64,000 nt of DNA from a virus (taxonomy: Duplodnaviria; Caudoviricetes): positions 4,638 through 68,637 of the IMG/VR virus record IMGVR_UViG_3300020577_009873. One strand, given 5' to 3'. The position numbers and the translations under genes are program-made. Shown here in pieces: positions 49,096-56,926 of this stretch; position 1 is the stretch's first letter, and each line of letters opens with the position of its first letter. The notes below the pieces were generated by a model. The model did not search any database. It saw only the letters and a program-made list of their open reading frames with translations, and was not told the DNA's origin.

Positions 49096-50796
49096 ATGTC
49101 GACATATAGTTTAACAGACAATAAAATATCACTAACATATCAACGAATACTACAAATTTCGGACGGAGGAGATAATAATCCATCAGGAATTATATATGAT
49201 GGACTCGGAAATAAAATAACAATAGATTCCTCAAATATTGGACCAGGTGTAGGATTTCAAGGATTTCAAGGAGAAGTTGGACAATTAGGTTTTCAAGGTC
49301 CATTAGGTGGAGGAACAGGATCACAAGGATATCAGGGATTTCAAGGAGAAGTTGGACAATTAGGTTTTCAAGGTCCATTAGGTGGAGGAACAGGATCACA
49401 AGGATATCAGGGATTTCAAGGATATCAAGGAAATCAGGGAATGACTGGCCTTCCGGGAATGCAAGGACTTCAAGGTGTTCAAGGATTTATTGGATCAACC
49501 GGTACTCAAGGTATTCAAGGACTTCAAGGTCTTCAGGGAATTCAGGGATTCATAGGAATAACTGGACTCGAAGGACTTCAAGGTGTTCAAGGATCAATCG
49601 GTATTCAGGGATTTCAAGGGCAGGGTATTCAAGGATCAACTGGAATTGGGGGTGTTCAAGGATTTATTGGACCAACTGGTATTCAGGGATTTCAGGGTAG
49701 TCAGGGGATTCAGGGATTTATTGGTACAACAGGTATTCAGGGATTTCAAGGTCACCAAGGTTTTCAAGGACAGGGTGTTCAAGGCACTCAAGGTCTTCAG
49801 GGGATTCAAGGATTTATAGGGGTGACAGGTCTTCAGGGTATACAGGGTCTTATAGGAACAACTGGTTCACAAGGTATTCAGGGATTTCAAGGGCTTATAG
49901 GGGCAACCGGCCAAGGTATTCAAGGATTTATTGGATCAACGGGTGCCCAAGGTATTCAAGGTATTCAGGGATTCGAAGGTGTTCAAGGATTTATAGGACC
50001 AACTGGTCAAGGAAATCAGGGCAGTCAAGGAACACAAGGTTTACAAGGAATTTTAGGAGCAACAGGACAGGGTGTACAAGGTTTTCAAGGGCTTTTCGGA
50101 CCAACTGGATTTCAAGGGGTTCCGGGATTAGGATTTCAAGGTGATCAAGGATTTCAAGGAACTCAAGGTCTTATAGGACCAACTGGCCAAGGAAATCAAG
50201 GCAGCCAAGGACCAATAGGATTAAGTGGGATGGGCAATCAAGGACCTATAGGACCAACAGGTGACCAGGGACTACAAGGTGTTCAAGGACCAATTGGTGT
50301 TCAAGGAACACAAGGTATTGGCTATCAAGGATTTCAAGGAAATATAGGTCCGACCGGACAAGGGTTTCAAGGATTTGTTGGATCAACAGGTAGTCAAGGT
50401 GTTCAAGGATTATTTGGCAATCAAGGGTTTCAAGGAATAGGATCATTAGACAAAATAATTACAGTAAATATTGATTCTAGCCCAAATTATATATTAGCTG
50501 GGTCAAAATGTCAAGTAAGCATTACTTATAATTGCACGGCTTCTAAATGGACGATATTGTCAGATGATATTGGAAATATACAATTTGATGTTAAAAAAAC
50601 AACATTTGCTGAGTATCCAACATTTTCATCAATTACAAATTTTAATTATCCTGGGTTATCATCACAAAGTAAAAATTATAATACAATACCTGGATGGGAT
50701 ATAATAAATGAGGATGATATTTTAGAATTTAGTGTAATAAATGATAGCACTATTAAAAAATTAAGTCTAATAGTAAAATTACAACAATATCCCTAA
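49096..50796 (+). CDS. collagen-like (G-X-Q repeat) fibre protein
   Basis: about 400 aa of interrupted GFQ/GIQ/GPT triplets. Confidence 0.85.
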   Translation: MSTYSLTDNKISLTYQRILQISDGGDNNPSGIIYDGLGNKITIDSSNIGPGVGFQGFQGEVGQLGFQGPLGGGTGSQGYQGFQGEVGQLGFQGPLGGGTGSQGYQGFQGYQGNQGMTGLPGMQGLQGVQGFIGSTGTQGIQGLQGLQGIQGFIGITGLEGLQGVQGSIGIQGFQGQGIQGSTGIGGVQGFIGPTGIQGFQGSQGIQGFIGTTGIQGFQGHQGFQGQGVQGTQGLQGIQGFIGVTGLQGIQGLIGTTGSQGIQGFQGLIGATGQGIQGFIGSTGAQGIQGIQGFEGVQGFIGPTGQGNQGSQGTQGLQGILGATGQGVQGFQGLFGPTGFQGVPGLGFQGDQGFQGTQGLIGPTGQGNQGSQGPIGLSGMGNQGPIGPTGDQGLQGVQGPIGVQGTQGIGYQGFQGNIGPTGQGFQGFVGSTGSQGVQGLFGNQGFQGIGSLDKIITVNIDSSPNYILAGSKCQVSITYNCTASKWTILSDDIGNIQFDVKKTTFAEYPTFSSITNFNYPGLSSQSKNYNTIPGWDIINEDDILEFSVINDSTIKKLSLIVKLQQYP

Positions 50797-51014
50797 CTAA
50801 AAGTTACAATTATTTTTTCATTTACTAGTGTTTGTTGATCCATTAGTGGATATGTATATAAAATACTCTCACAAGATCCAATACTAGTGTTATTAATCGT
50901 TGAGACACATCCTAAAGTATCATAAAATAAAACCCTGTCAGAAGATCCGGTGCTATGAATACTAATATTCATAATTAATTCATTATCACTTTGAAATAGT
51001 ATATTATCTATCAT
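50793..51014 (-). CDS. hypothetical protein
   Basis: ORF directly following 51016..53388. Confidence 0.55.
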   Translation of the reverse strand: MIDNILFQSDNELIMNISIHSTGSSDRVLFYDTLGCVSTINNTSIGSCESILYTYPLMDQQTLVNEKIIVTFS

Positions 51015-51015
51015 C

Positions 51016-53388
51016 TTAATTAAGTGTTAATAATGCTTTTACTTGTACGTTATCAGGAATAGATGCCGGAGTAAATCTTATAAATGTCGTCTCGTTGCCT
51101 TTATCTGTTGTATTATAAGTTGTCCAGTTACTTCCACCATCAGTTGTTTTTTCCCAAGTTCCAGTTCTCGTTACAGAGTCATCCGTGTCTAAAATTCCAT
51201 TAGTAATAGCATTGTATAGTCTTATCTTTAATGTTGGTACAGCGCTACCAAAAGCAATTGCGTGCTTCCATGCAAACGTTTTTGTTACCTTACTAGATAA
51301 GTCAGCACATGATAAATAATGACTATCCTGTGTATCAGTTGACGCATCTTCATAAACACATGTTACCGAATATAAACGTCTAGGAACGCAAAACTCACCT
51401 AATACTTCAAACGTAAACATAAACTGAATATAGTCGCTTGGTGATGCACCAGTTAAATCACCGTTTATAGTTTCTGTCCAACTTCCAGAATTATCATCTA
51501 TACCCGATGTTCTATAATACATTCTTATTGGTTCGGGTGTATATCCTAAAAGAAAATCACCAACATATTGATTGGTAGCCATATATGCCCTATATAAAGC
51601 AGAGGCACCTAATGTTGATAATTTAGGTGTAATGACTCTTTGATTTGAATTATCTGCATAATAACCATCTGCTCCAATATTTAGCACAAGAAACCAGTTT
51701 AGACCAGTCGTTGTAACGTTTGGCATAGCAAACATTCTACCACCCTCAGTCCAAATAGATAAAGCAGCTGTTGAAAATAAGGCATCAACAGCACCTGAAT
51801 TTGTTGTAGTAAGTTTAGTTCGGTTATTTATTTGTCCAAATATCTTTTCAAATTGTGGATTACTTGGATCATAATTACAAGTATATGTTCCGTGTCTTCC
51901 TGCTAAAGTAGTAGAGATTAAAAATTTACCAATTGAATCACTATAGTCTATTTGCAAAAATGCTGAAGTAGCTAAGTTTGTAGTAGTACTACCAGGTGGA
52001 TTCTCAACCATCGAGTCTGCTAACCAGGCGCCACCACCATCCGTAATTGATGAAATAGGACAACGATAAACTCTTGTTAAAGTAACAAAAAATAAAGCTT
52101 TTACACCAGCTGCTGGGCCTAAAGTTGGCGTACATATTCTACCATTATTAACCTGCTGTACTGTACCAGTAACAGTCTGTATAGCTGTTTTATATGACCA
52201 AGCACCAGTTGCATAACCGGTAACTACTGTTAAGGCAGCTCTCATATTAAACCTATGTGCCCTAACTGAAGTTGTATTATCTAAATTTAATAAATATTCA
52301 TCATGTGATGTAGCGGTTCCATTTCCATCATCTGTTAATCCTATTGCGTTTGCCATTAACCCACTATATAAGGTATGTACTCCTGATTGTGATACTGAAG
52401 TATTTACTGCAGCACCACCAAGAGTTGCAGAAACGGTAAATGTATCAGACGTAGGTACTGTCAAAACATAATATGCGGTATTCACTGTAAGTCCAGTTGG
52501 TAAAGCACCTGTAGTTGAGAACATTACAACATCACCAATAATATAACCGTGTCCTACTGCAGTAAACACACCTGGCGACGCTATTGTTACGGTAACAGTT
52601 ACGGGAGCTTTGTCTTTTAATAGATATGATGCTCGTAAATTATCAGTGTTTGTTGCCTCTACTATTGTTGTACCACCTATTTGGAATACACCTGGATTTA
52701 AGCCTTTTATTAAATGTATACCGCCGTTATACAAAGTAGCGTTTGTACAAACCACACCTAATCTTATTTCTTCAATAACATATGCCGTAGCACCTGGTAA
52801 ATTAACAGATCCGGAAATAGTTAAAGATGTATTACTAGCAATAGCTGAAATATCATACCAAGATGAAACCAAAGTCGGATCTGTTGTGCCAAATCCAATC
52901 CTTGCACCTGCCGCTATTCTATCTGAAGTAAATAAAGTGTTACTACCTGTAATTGTTGAAGAGGTTCCAGATGTTGAAACCGTACCATCAGTGTGCATTG
53001 ATACATCAGTACGCAAAGAACGTATTGTTTTAGCACCAGCAAAGGTAGTACCGGATAAGGTGATAAATCCATTCCAAGATATTGTGTTTGTGGATGAATT
53101 ATACGTAAACATCGCAATAGTTCTTGTAACTGCTGCCGTAGCATTCGTACCAGCAAATATCCAAAAAATAGTGGGTGACCATTGATATACGTGTGGACAA
53201 AAATAAGAAGATAACGTAACCTCTACCATATTAATCATAGTAGGTGGTGGAACAGTTACATACTCATCTAGTGTTGTTGCTCCTGTATATTGTTTAAACA
53301 AAGACCCAATTATAGTTTTAGTGGCATCATATCCATCAGTTGTTAAAATAGTATCACCAGTAAAAACATGCTCTACAGCTTTTTTCAT
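51016..53388 (-). CDS. putative tail or fibre protein
   Basis: T/G/S-rich; HGYIIGDVVMFSTTGALPTGL...YYV module; higher GC than flanks. Confidence 0.6.
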   Translation of the reverse strand: MKKAVEHVFTGDTILTTDGYDATKTIIGSLFKQYTGATTLDEYVTVPPPTMINMVEVTLSSYFCPHVYQWSPTIFWIFAGTNATAAVTRTIAMFTYNSSTNTISWNGFITLSGTTFAGAKTIRSLRTDVSMHTDGTVSTSGTSSTITGSNTLFTSDRIAAGARIGFGTTDPTLVSSWYDISAIASNTSLTISGSVNLPGATAYVIEEIRLGVVCTNATLYNGGIHLIKGLNPGVFQIGGTTIVEATNTDNLRASYLLKDKAPVTVTVTIASPGVFTAVGHGYIIGDVVMFSTTGALPTGLTVNTAYYVLTVPTSDTFTVSATLGGAAVNTSVSQSGVHTLYSGLMANAIGLTDDGNGTATSHDEYLLNLDNTTSVRAHRFNMRAALTVVTGYATGAWSYKTAIQTVTGTVQQVNNGRICTPTLGPAAGVKALFFVTLTRVYRCPISSITDGGGAWLADSMVENPPGSTTTNLATSAFLQIDYSDSIGKFLISTTLAGRHGTYTCNYDPSNPQFEKIFGQINNRTKLTTTNSGAVDALFSTAALSIWTEGGRMFAMPNVTTTGLNWFLVLNIGADGYYADNSNQRVITPKLSTLGASALYRAYMATNQYVGDFLLGYTPEPIRMYYRTSGIDDNSGSWTETINGDLTGASPSDYIQFMFTFEVLGEFCVPRRLYSVTCVYEDASTDTQDSHYLSCADLSSKVTKTFAWKHAIAFGSAVPTLKIRLYNAITNGILDTDDSVTRTGTWEKTTDGGSNWTTYNTTDKGNETTFIRFTPASIPDNVQVKALLTLN

Positions 53389-53538
53389 TTAAATAATTAA
53401 TTTTTAATATCAAATTATATAGTAAAATATATCATGTACATTTTATATAAAGCGGAAAAATTATTTAAATAAAAAAACTTTTCGTATATTTGAAAATATA
53501 TAAAAAGAGAGATTAAAAATTTAATATATAAAAAAAGA

Positions 53539-53570
53539 TTTGGTGGGTAGAAAAGTTCGCCGTATCTTTG
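53539..53570 (+). promoter_or_regulatory. Bacteroidota sigma-A promoter for the His/Phe/Trp module
   Basis: TTTG-N20-TATCTTTG. Confidence 0.8.
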
Positions 53571-53597
53571 TGAAACAAATAATAAAAAGAAAAAATC

Positions 53598-53693
53598 ATG
53601 TCATACGTTAGTAAACATAAACATTTTAGCAAATTCCATTTTTGGTTTAGTACCAAGAGTTCGGGAGCTAATATTGTTTTGCCTAATGTGTAA
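53598..53693 (+). CDS. His/Phe/Trp leader peptide MSYVSKHKHFSKFHFWFSTKSSGANIVLPNV
   Basis: 3 His, 4 Phe and 1 Trp within codons 7-17; GAGTTCGGG pairs with terminator arm CCTGAACTC. Confidence 0.88.
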   Translation: MSYVSKHKHFSKFHFWFSTKSSGANIVLPNV

Positions 53694-53716
53694 TGGTGAA
53701 AATAAAAGTATTAGAT

Positions 53717-53747
53717 AAACCTGAACTCGAAAAGTTCAGGTTTTTTT
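53717..53747 (+). terminator. His/Phe/Trp attenuator terminator
   Basis: AAACCTGAACT-CGAAA-AGTTCAGGTTT followed by TTTT. Confidence 0.9.
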
Positions 53748-53767
53748 ATTGCTAAAAATTTATTATT

Positions 53768-54391
53768 ATGAGAGAAATTAAAGAAAATACGTACAAGGGA
53801 ACAAGAATTCTATTAGGAAATGAAAAAAGAGATTTAATTAATAGAATGATAGATGTTCTAAAAGATAGAGGATATATGGAAATTCAAATTCCAATTATTC
53901 AAAATCTAGAAACCTTTAGAAATAAGGTAGGTGATGAAAATAGAAATATGATGTTTTTATTTTCTGATAGAGGAAATAGAGAATTGTGTTTGGCTCCTGA
54001 ATATACCGCGGTAATTCAGTCATTGAGTGATACATTCAAATATAGTAAAGATGTTAAATTGTTCTATGTTCAAGAATGTTTCAGAGGTGAAAGACCACAA
54101 GCAGGTAGATACAGACAGTTTACACAATTAGGTGTAGAGATAATTAATCCAAGTATGGATTATGTTGAAGAACTTTCTTCATTAGCACTCGAACTAGTGT
54201 CAAATGGTAATGTTGATAGATTCAAAGTAGATATGAGTGTTACAAGAGGATTAGATTATTATAAAGATGGAAAAGGATTTGAAATATCCTGTGATGAATT
54301 AGGAGCTCAAAAACAAGTGTGTGGTGGGGGTGAATATGATGGTGGAATTGGGTTCGCGATTGGAATTGATAGAATATTGTTGATTAATTAA
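53768..54391 (+). CDS. hisS: minimal histidyl-tRNA synthetase (catalytic domain only)
   Basis: KGTR, LAPEYTA, FRGERPQAGRYRQFTQLGVE, RGLDYY, GGGEYD, GFAIGIDRI. Confidence 0.88.
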   Translation: MREIKENTYKGTRILLGNEKRDLINRMIDVLKDRGYMEIQIPIIQNLETFRNKVGDENRNMMFLFSDRGNRELCLAPEYTAVIQSLSDTFKYSKDVKLFYVQECFRGERPQAGRYRQFTQLGVEIINPSMDYVEELSSLALELVSNGNVDRFKVDMSVTRGLDYYKDGKGFEISCDELGAQKQVCGGGEYDGGIGFAIGIDRILLIN

Positions 54392-54395
54392 ATAT

Positions 54396-54483
54396 GGTGG
54401 TATTAGTGTCAGCGGTGAGTCTGAAAAGACGAGCACGATACTCTGTGAAAGTATTAGCACCGGTTCAAATCCGGTATATCACC
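54396..54483 (+). tRNA. tRNA-His(GTG) with D-loop hairpin insertion
   Basis: G-1/C73; ATACT-CTGTGAA-AGTAT; T-loop TTCAAAT. Confidence 0.85.
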
Positions 54484-54488
54484 CAAAA

Positions 54489-54564
54489 GGAAGCGGTAGC
54501 TCAGTCAGGTAGAGCAGCGGGGCCAAAATCCCGCGTGTCAGTGGTTCAAATCCATTCCCTTCCA
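54489..54564 (+). tRNA. atypical tRNA with 8-nt anticodon loop (contains CCA; identity uncertain)
   Basis: normal D and T arms; GCGGG-GCCAAAAT-CCCGC; bulged acceptor stem. Confidence 0.65.
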
Positions 54565-54569
54565 CAAAT

Positions 54570-54653
54570 GGTGCAGTAGCTGAGGTGGTGGCGAAAGCCT
54601 ATAGCGCTTGGTCTGAAAAACCAGAGACACCGGTTCGAGCCCGGTCTGTACCA
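54570..54653 (+). tRNA. tRNA-Phe(GAA) with D-loop hairpin insertion
   Basis: GGTGCAG/CTGTACC; TGGT-CTGAAAA-ACCA. Confidence 0.85.
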
Positions 54654-54658
54654 CATAA

Positions 54659-54734
54659 GGTGAACAAGCTAACTTGGTAGAAGCGCCAGACTGAAAATCT
54701 GGAGGATCCGGATCGTAACCGGAGTTCACCACCA
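54659..54734 (+). tRNA. tRNA-Phe(GAA)
   Basis: GGTGAAC/GTTCACC with ACCA; CCAGA-CTGAAAA-TCTGG. Confidence 0.9.
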
Positions 54735-54737
54735 AAT

Positions 54738-54811
54738 GGTGTCTGTAGCTCAATCGGAAGAGCGCAAGTTTGTGGAACTTGAGGCAGCGGGATCGAAACC
54801 CGTCAGACACC
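54738..54811 (+). tRNA. tRNA-His(GTG)
   Basis: G-1/C73; CAAGT-TTGTGGA-ACTTG. Confidence 0.9.
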
Positions 54812-54818
54812 CAAACAT

Positions 54819-54900
54819 ACATCCGCTCATAAGCGTGACCAGCCGGTTCCAACCCGGTAATGCGTAAGCGTGGTTAAGAGTTCGAATCTCTTCGGGTGTT
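54819..54900 (+). tRNA. atypical tRNA(CCA) with reduced D-arm and long variable arm
   Basis: ACATCCG/CGGGTGT; GCCGG-TTCCAAC-CCGGT; AAGAG-TTCGAAT-CTCTT. Confidence 0.7.
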
Positions 54901-54908
54901 CAAAACAT

Positions 54909-54979
54909 ACGTTTGTGGTGCAATGGTAGCATATCGGTCTCCAAAACCGCAGATTCGGGTTCGAGTCCTGACAAGCGTA
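54909..54979 (+). tRNA. tRNA-Trp(CCA)
   Basis: ACGTTTG/CAAGCGT; CGGT-CTCCAAA-ACCG. Confidence 0.88.
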
Positions 54980-55038
54980 CAAATAGGAATACCCAACAGG
55001 GTAAAAAATTATCAGATGAAACTAGAAAAAAATGTCAA

Positions 55039-55782
55039 ATGCTAAAAAAGGAAAAAAATATAAAATACCTAGTGGGGATTCAGCCGACAGGGAAGCTAAC
55101 AATAGGTAACTACCTAGGTTGTTTAAAGAAAGGCCTAAGGCTTCAAGAGGAAGGGCATGATGTTACCTTCTTGATAGCAAACTACCATTCTCTAACAACT
55201 GATAGTTATACTGATGTAACTGAACAGGAATTAATTAAATTAGGTTGTAAGAATATAAAAAGACAAATTCCTGAATATACTGAGTTGTTTTTCAAACTAT
55301 GTTGTAAGTTAAACTTGGGAACATTATTGAAAATGCCTCAATATAAAGACAAAAAGGAAAATGTAGAATTTGACTTGGGATTGATGTTATATCCTGTATT
55401 AATGGCAGCTGATATCATCATTAACGACCCAGATGTAGTAATTGTTGGTAAAGACCAAATAGCTCACTTAGACCTATGTAATGATATTTCTAAGAGATTT
55501 AATGGTAAGTATTACAATTATGAATTAGGTGATGTAGATAAGATTATGTCATTGGCTGATCCAACAAAAAAGATGTCAAAATCTTTGGGAGAAAAACATG
55601 TTCTTTATATCTTTGATGAAAACTATGAAGCAAAAATAAAAAAGGCAAACGCCAACGAAGAGGGTCTTGAAAATCTAAAAAAGATTGGAACAGGAATCGG
55701 AGTTGATGTTGATAAATATGAAATGAATTCTGATTTAAAGAAGGCTATTTCAGACAAAATGAATGAAATTTTTAACAAGTAA
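55039..55782 (+). CDS. trpS: compact tryptophanyl-tRNA synthetase
   Basis: GIQPTGKLTIGNYLG, YPVLMAADI, VGKDQ, KKMSKS; the longer track start overlaps tRNA-Trp. Confidence 0.92.
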   Translation: MLKKEKNIKYLVGIQPTGKLTIGNYLGCLKKGLRLQEEGHDVTFLIANYHSLTTDSYTDVTEQELIKLGCKNIKRQIPEYTELFFKLCCKLNLGTLLKMPQYKDKKENVEFDLGLMLYPVLMAADIIINDPDVVIVGKDQIAHLDLCNDISKRFNGKYYNYELGDVDKIMSLADPTKKMSKSLGEKHVLYIFDENYEAKIKKANANEEGLENLKKIGTGIGVDVDKYEMNSDLKKAISDKMNEIFNK

Positions 55783-55786
55783 TAAA

Positions 55787-55843
55787 ATGACAACAATTAA
55801 AAACATAAAAAAATCTAAAAAACGAATAAAAATGATTCGATAG
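55787..55843 (+). CDS. Lys leader peptide MTTIKNIKKSKKRIKMIR
   Basis: six AAA codons; TGATTCG pairs with terminator arm CGGATCA; four tRNA-Lys downstream. Confidence 0.8.
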   Translation: MTTIKNIKKSKKRIKMIR

Positions 55844-55862
55844 ATAAGCTATTACCTTAACT

Positions 55863-55898
55863 AACCCGGATCAGATTAATTTTCTATCCGGGTTTTTT
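55863..55898 (+). terminator. Lys attenuator terminator
   Basis: AACCCGGAT...ATCCGGGTT followed by TTTT. Confidence 0.85.
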
Positions 55899-55920
55899 AT
55901 ATATAAAATAAAAAAAAATT

Positions 55921-56343
55921 ATGCAAAAAACATATGAATGCAAAGAAATTAATGGATATGAAAATTATTTAATATCTACAAACGGTGATGTTTATAATAA
56001 AAAAACAGGCCGTAAAATGAAAACTAGAATAACCAAAACTGGATATGTAGATGTTTCTATTTGTAATGAAAAAGGAGCTAAAACATTTTTAATACATCGA
56101 CTTGTGGCGATGACACATATTGATAATGTATTTAATAAGCCCTTTGTCAATCATAAGGATCATGATAGAAAAAATAATAATGTTAGTAATCTAGAGTGGG
56201 TGACAGCAGAAGAAAACTCAAATCATATGTTTAGAAAAAAGAAAAAAGGGACTATTTCAAAAACTAAAATTATTGATATTTATGAAAGTAAAAAATGGAA
56301 AAATGTTGAGGATTTTTATAAAGAAATAATTGATAAATATTAA
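55921..56343 (+). mobile_element. NUMOD4-HNH homing endonuclease
   Basis: YLISTNGDV; IHRLVA...VNHKDHDRKNNNVSNLEW. Confidence 0.9.
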
Positions 56344-56416
56344 CCTCTTGTAGCAAACTGGCAGTAGGCAACGGTCTTTTAAACCGTGGGGCCGGGTTCG
56401 ATTCCCGGCGGGAGGA
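56344..56416 (+). tRNA. tRNA-Lys(TTT)
   Basis: ACGGT-CTTTTAA-ACCGT; T-loop TTCGATT. Confidence 0.88.
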
Positions 56417-56421
56417 CAAAT

Positions 56422-56505
56422 TCCTTCGTAGCAAAATTGGTAAGGCGCTTGACTTTTAATCAAGAGTCCGAAAGGACATTCCGGGTTCGAGTCCCGGCGG
56501 GGGAA
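56422..56505 (+). tRNA. tRNA-Lys(TTT) with long variable arm
   Basis: CTTGA-CTTTTAA-TCAAG followed by GTCC-GAAA-GGAC. Confidence 0.85.
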
Positions 56506-56508
56506 CAA

Positions 56509-56580
56509 GATCTTGTAGTTTCAATGGTAAAACCACTGGCTTTTAACCAGTATTTCTGAGTTCGAGTCTCGGCGGGATCA
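56509..56580 (+). tRNA. tRNA-Lys(TTT)
   Basis: ACTGG-CTTTTAA-CCAGT. Confidence 0.88.
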
Positions 56581-56585
56581 CATAT

Positions 56586-56656
56586 TCCCTCGAAGCATTA
56601 AGGTGATGCTCAAGTCTCTTAAACTTGAGAACACGGATCGTTACCGTGCGGGGGAA
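56586..56656 (+). tRNA. tRNA-Lys(CTT)
   Basis: CAAGT-CTCTTAA-ACTTG; T-loop ATCGTTA. Confidence 0.85.
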
Positions 56657-56674
56657 CAAAAAAAAATTAAAATT

Positions 56675-56911
56675 ATGGAAACGCTAACAACAATAAGAGA
56701 AAGATTAGAAACACATTATGAAGGTGTTTATAGAAAGATATGGGTTCAAGGCAGTGCTCGTCATGGTCAAAATGATATTTTATTAACTCTATTTCCTTCA
56801 AATAGTGACGGATATAAGATTGTATCTATGCGAAAGTTAAGAAATATTTCATTTGAAGAAGTGCTCACAGTACTACAAAGAGAATTAAGCATCACAAATA
56901 TATTAGAGTAA
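56675..56911 (+). CDS. hypothetical protein (start METLTT)
   Basis: ATG after an A-rich leader downstream of the tRNAs. Confidence 0.6.
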   Translation: METLTTIRERLETHYEGVYRKIWVQGSARHGQNDILLTLFPSNSDGYKIVSMRKLRNISFEEVLTVLQRELSITNILE

Positions 56912-56926
56912 TTTAATATATAATGG

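Noticed and set aside
49250-50440. CRISPR-like or satellite repeats
   Set aside because: Repeats are in-frame collagen G-X-Q codons with no unique spacers.
52610-53185. Long antisense ORFs (also 27403..27930 and 25642..26037)
   Set aside because: Shadow frames of real genes on the opposite strand, with no recognisable motifs.
54394-54852. ORFs 54394..54579 and 54538..54852, and the 54913 start of trpS
   Set aside because: They overlap well-formed tRNA genes.
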